The notes under the pieces were generated by a model. The model worked only from the letters and a program-made list of their open reading frames with translations, had not been told where the DNA came from and ran no database searches. The position numbers and the translations under genes are program-made. 64,000 bases of DNA from Alphaproteobacteria bacterium. GTDB lineage: Bacteria > Pseudomonadota > Alphaproteobacteria > Reyranellales > Reyranellaceae. Numbering within the stretch: the stretch's first letter is position 1; every line of letters starts with the position of its first letter. The stretch spans positions 6,134 through 70,133 of the forward strand of contig JAFKFK010000026.1 of assembly GCA_017307275.1 (NCBI GenBank). The letters run 5' to 3'. This document shows, piece after piece, positions 61,590 through 64,000 of the stretch.

Positions 61590-62753
61590 CTAGCTGCGCC
61601 TGCCCAGTCGCAGCACGAGATAGCCGACCACGGCCGACAACAGCGAGCCCGCCAGCACACCCAGCCGCACCTGGGCTTCGTAGCGCGGATCCTGGAAGGC
61701 GAGCGTGCCGATGAACAGACTCATGGTGAAGCCGATGCCCCCCAGGATGGCGACGCCATAGAGCGTGCGCCACGAGCCGCCCGCCGGCATTGCCGCCATG
61801 CCGGACCAGATCAGCAACCCGGCGCCTAGGACAATGCCAACCTGCTTGCCGACGAACAGGCCGGCCAGGATGCCGAGCGGCACCGGCTCGAACAGGCTGC
61901 CGAGGGACAGATCGGCCAGGGAAAGCCCTGCATTGGCAAACGCAAAGACCGGCATGATCAGCCATGCCGACCAGGGCTTCAGGGCGTGCTCGAGATGGAT
62001 CGCCGGCCGCTTGTCGTCGGCCATGCCCGACACGCGCAGCGGAATGAACATCGCCAATGCAACACCGGCCAGGGTGGCGTGCACGCCCGACTGCAGCACC
62101 GAAACCCAGAGGGCGGCTCCCACGACGGCGTAGGGCCCGATACGGCGTACGCCGGAAGCGTTGAGAATGGCGAGGACGGCGATGCAGAGGGCTGCTATCG
62201 CCAGCGCCTCGGTCGAGAGTTGGCTGGTGTAGAAGACGGCAATGACGACAATCGCGCCGAGATCGTCGACGATGGCAAGTGTCGTGAGGAAGACCTTCAG
62301 CGCCAGCGGCACGCGGCTGCCGAGGGCGGCCAGCACCCCCAGGGAAAAGGCGATGTCGGTCGCCGCCGGGATTGCCCAACCATGCAGCGCCACCGGATCA
62401 CCCCAGTTGATCGCGGCATAGACAAGGGCGGGAACGGCCATGCCTCCTATCGCACCGGCGATCGGCAAGGCGACCTGCGAGGGTCGCGACAGTTCGCCCT
62501 CGACCACCTCGCGCTTGATCTCCAGGCCGACCAGCAAGAAGAACACGGCCATCAGGCCGTCGTTGATCCAGAGCAGCAGCGGCTTGCTGAGGCCGATCTG
62601 TCCATAGGACAGGGTGAGCTTCTCGCCGAGCAGCGTCTTGATGGCACCGTCGAGCGGTGAATTGGCCAGCACCAGCGCCAGCACCGCGGCGCCCAGAAGC
62701 GGCACGGCCGACGCCGCTTCGCTGTCCATGAAGGATTTGAGCCTGCCCGCCAT
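61590..62753 (-). CDS. nhaA: Na+/H+ antiporter NhaA
   Basis: WINDGLMAVFF, GLEIKRE, ATDIAF, AIVDDLG and GIGFTMSLFI. Confidence 0.96.
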   Translation of the reverse strand: MAGRLKSFMDSEAASAVPLLGAAVLALVLANSPLDGAIKTLLGEKLTLSYGQIGLSKPLLLWINDGLMAVFFLLVGLEIKREVVEGELSRPSQVALPIAGAIGGMAVPALVYAAINWGDPVALHGWAIPAATDIAFSLGVLAALGSRVPLALKVFLTTLAIVDDLGAIVVIAVFYTSQLSTEALAIAALCIAVLAILNASGVRRIGPYAVVGAALWVSVLQSGVHATLAGVALAMFIPLRVSGMADDKRPAIHLEHALKPWSAWLIMPVFAFANAGLSLADLSLGSLFEPVPLGILAGLFVGKQVGIVLGAGLLIWSGMAAMPAGGSWRTLYGVAILGGIGFTMSLFIGTLAFQDPRYEAQVRLGVLAGSLLSAVVGYLVLRLGRRS

Positions 62754-62773
62754 CGGTGCGTCTCCCACAAAGC

Positions 62774-62801
62774 AAAACGCCCGGGTCTTTCGACCCGGGC
62801 G
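62774..62801 (-). terminator. Terminator-like hairpin between the BI-1/YccA gene and nhaA
   Basis: Minus-strand stem CGCCCGGGTC-GAAA-GACCCGGGCG followed by TTTT. Confidence 0.75.
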
Positions 62802-62829
62802 CTTCTTAGACTGTCTCTCTAGGCCAGGG

Positions 62830-63573
62830 CTAGTCGCGGTTCTGGCCCATAAAGCTCATGAGGAACTGGAACAGGTTCACGAAGTCCAGGTACAGGCTCA
62901 GCGCACCGAAGATGGCGACCTTCTCCTGCACGTCCGTGCCCCAGGCCTCGGCATACTGCTCCTTGATCTTCTGGGTGTCGTAGGCGATCAGGCCCGAGAA
63001 GATCAGCACGCCAGCGGCCGAGATGATGAAGCTCATCGTGCCCGACGGCCAGATCATGTTGACGATGCCGGCCAGGATCAGGCCGATCACGCCCATGAAC
63101 AGGAACTTGCCGAACGCCGTGAGATCACGCTTCGTCGTGTAGCCATAGAGGCTCAGCGCGCCGAAGGCGGCGGCCGTCACGAAGAAGGTGCGCGCGACCG
63201 AAGCGCCCGTGTAGCGGAACAGCAGCAGCGACAGGCTGACGCCCATCAGTGCCGTGACCGCCCAGTAGACGGCTTGTACCGCACCCGTGCTCATCTGCGC
63301 CGCGCGGAACGACGTCAGCAGCAGCAGGCCGAGCGGCGCGAAGATCGCGACCCAGCCCAGGATGTTCAGACCAACGACGCGGCCTGCCTGCACCTGGAAG
63401 AACAAGCTCGCCAAAGCCGGCGAGCTGAACAGCGCGAAAGCAACGATGCCCGAGAGGGCAAGGCCGGACGCCATGTAGTTGTACACGCGCACCATATGGG
63501 CGCGTAGACCGACGTCGAACGACGCCTGGTCGGCAACTGTGCCGGCACGGTTGAAGGTGTCGAAGTTTGCCAT
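62830..63573 (-). CDS. Bax inhibitor-1/YccA family membrane protein
   Basis: DVGLRAHMVRVYNYM, YGYTTKRDL, AYDTQKIK and GALSLYLDFVNLF. Confidence 0.93.
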   Translation of the reverse strand: MANFDTFNRAGTVADQASFDVGLRAHMVRVYNYMASGLALSGIVAFALFSSPALASLFFQVQAGRVVGLNILGWVAIFAPLGLLLLTSFRAAQMSTGAVQAVYWAVTALMGVSLSLLLFRYTGASVARTFFVTAAAFGALSLYGYTTKRDLTAFGKFLFMGVIGLILAGIVNMIWPSGTMSFIISAAGVLIFSGLIAYDTQKIKEQYAEAWGTDVQEKVAIFGALSLYLDFVNLFQFLMSFMGQNRD

Positions 63574-63708
63574 ATGAGTTCAGCCTCCAAGGGGGCCTCG
63601 TTTTGCCGAGCCCCTTCGCCGGGTAATTTGGGGTTACAGCTCGACTGAATCAATAGGGATTCGAGCGTGCGAGATTGCGATTTCGCGCACCACGGAGAAC
63701 TATTTGCG

Positions 63709-64000
63709 TCACTCGTTACGCAACAAGGCCAGCGGCCGCTGCCGCAAGGCAGCCAAAGTCCCCGCCAGCCCGAACGCCAGGGTGAGCGCCATCGCGCCCA
63801 ACGCGACAGCGATGGCAACGGTCGGCAGGAACGTCCAATCCAGGTTCATCAGCCGACGAACCACCAGATAGGCACCCAGGGTGCCGACGCCCAGGGCGGC
63901 AACGGCGGTCGCGAGGCCCAAGGCCGCGAACTCCCAGGCGAAGATGCCGGCAATGCGTCCCCGTGTGGCGCCCAGCACCTTCATGACCACTGCCTCGTGA
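63709..64000 (-). CDS. ABC transporter permease (FtsX-like), C-terminal fragment truncated by the window edge
   Basis: Frame is open to the edge; EAVVMKVLGATR...EFAALG and three TM helices. Confidence 0.8.
   Translation of the reverse strand, partial: HEAVVMKVLGATRGRIAGIFAWEFAALGLATAVAALGVGTLGAYLVVRRLMNLDWTFLPTVAIAVALGAMALTLAFGLAGTLAALRQRPLALLRNE

Noticed and set aside
62754-62829. Li+-sensing nhaA-I/II riboswitch upstream of nhaA
   Set aside because: I could not match the conserved core I recall for these motifs. Only a simple terminator-like hairpin is evident, and a covariance-model search is needed.

Overview
High-GC chromosomal window from an alphaproteobacterium. A circularly permuted two-piece tmRNA, an SspB-alpha adaptor, thyX, Bug/TctC and the gene order suggest a Reyranella/Rhodospirillales-like lineage; this is inference, not a database result. 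The right two-thirds is mostly core genome: tRNA-Lys, mreBCD-mrdA-rodA, ilvIH/ilvC, miaA/serB, hflKC-degP, mrp, thyX, ssrA-sspB, class I fumarase, typA, an AsmA-family gene, nhaA and a BI-1/YccA gene. The left ~26 kb is an accessory-like mix of transport, redox, catabolic and repair genes. I saw no integrase, transposase, prophage or CRISPR array. Four things stand out. (1) A PrdB/GrdB-like gene is split in the ORF track by an in-frame UGA that sits in a UxxC motif and is followed by a canonical-looking bacterial SECIS hairpin, so it is probably a selenoprotein. (2) An ECF sigma factor is fused in frame to an RskA-like anti-sigma domain and one terminal TM helix, with no periplasmic sensor; it is divergent from a Tat ferritin-like/cytochrome c pair, and a matching promoter-like motif faces each direction. 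(3) There are two separate tandem pairs of uncharacterised lipoproteins. (4) A small internally deleted methyltransferase remnant is absent from the ORF track. Family assignments come from recalled motifs and were not searched. Start codons were re-picked by eye where the ORF track over-extends.
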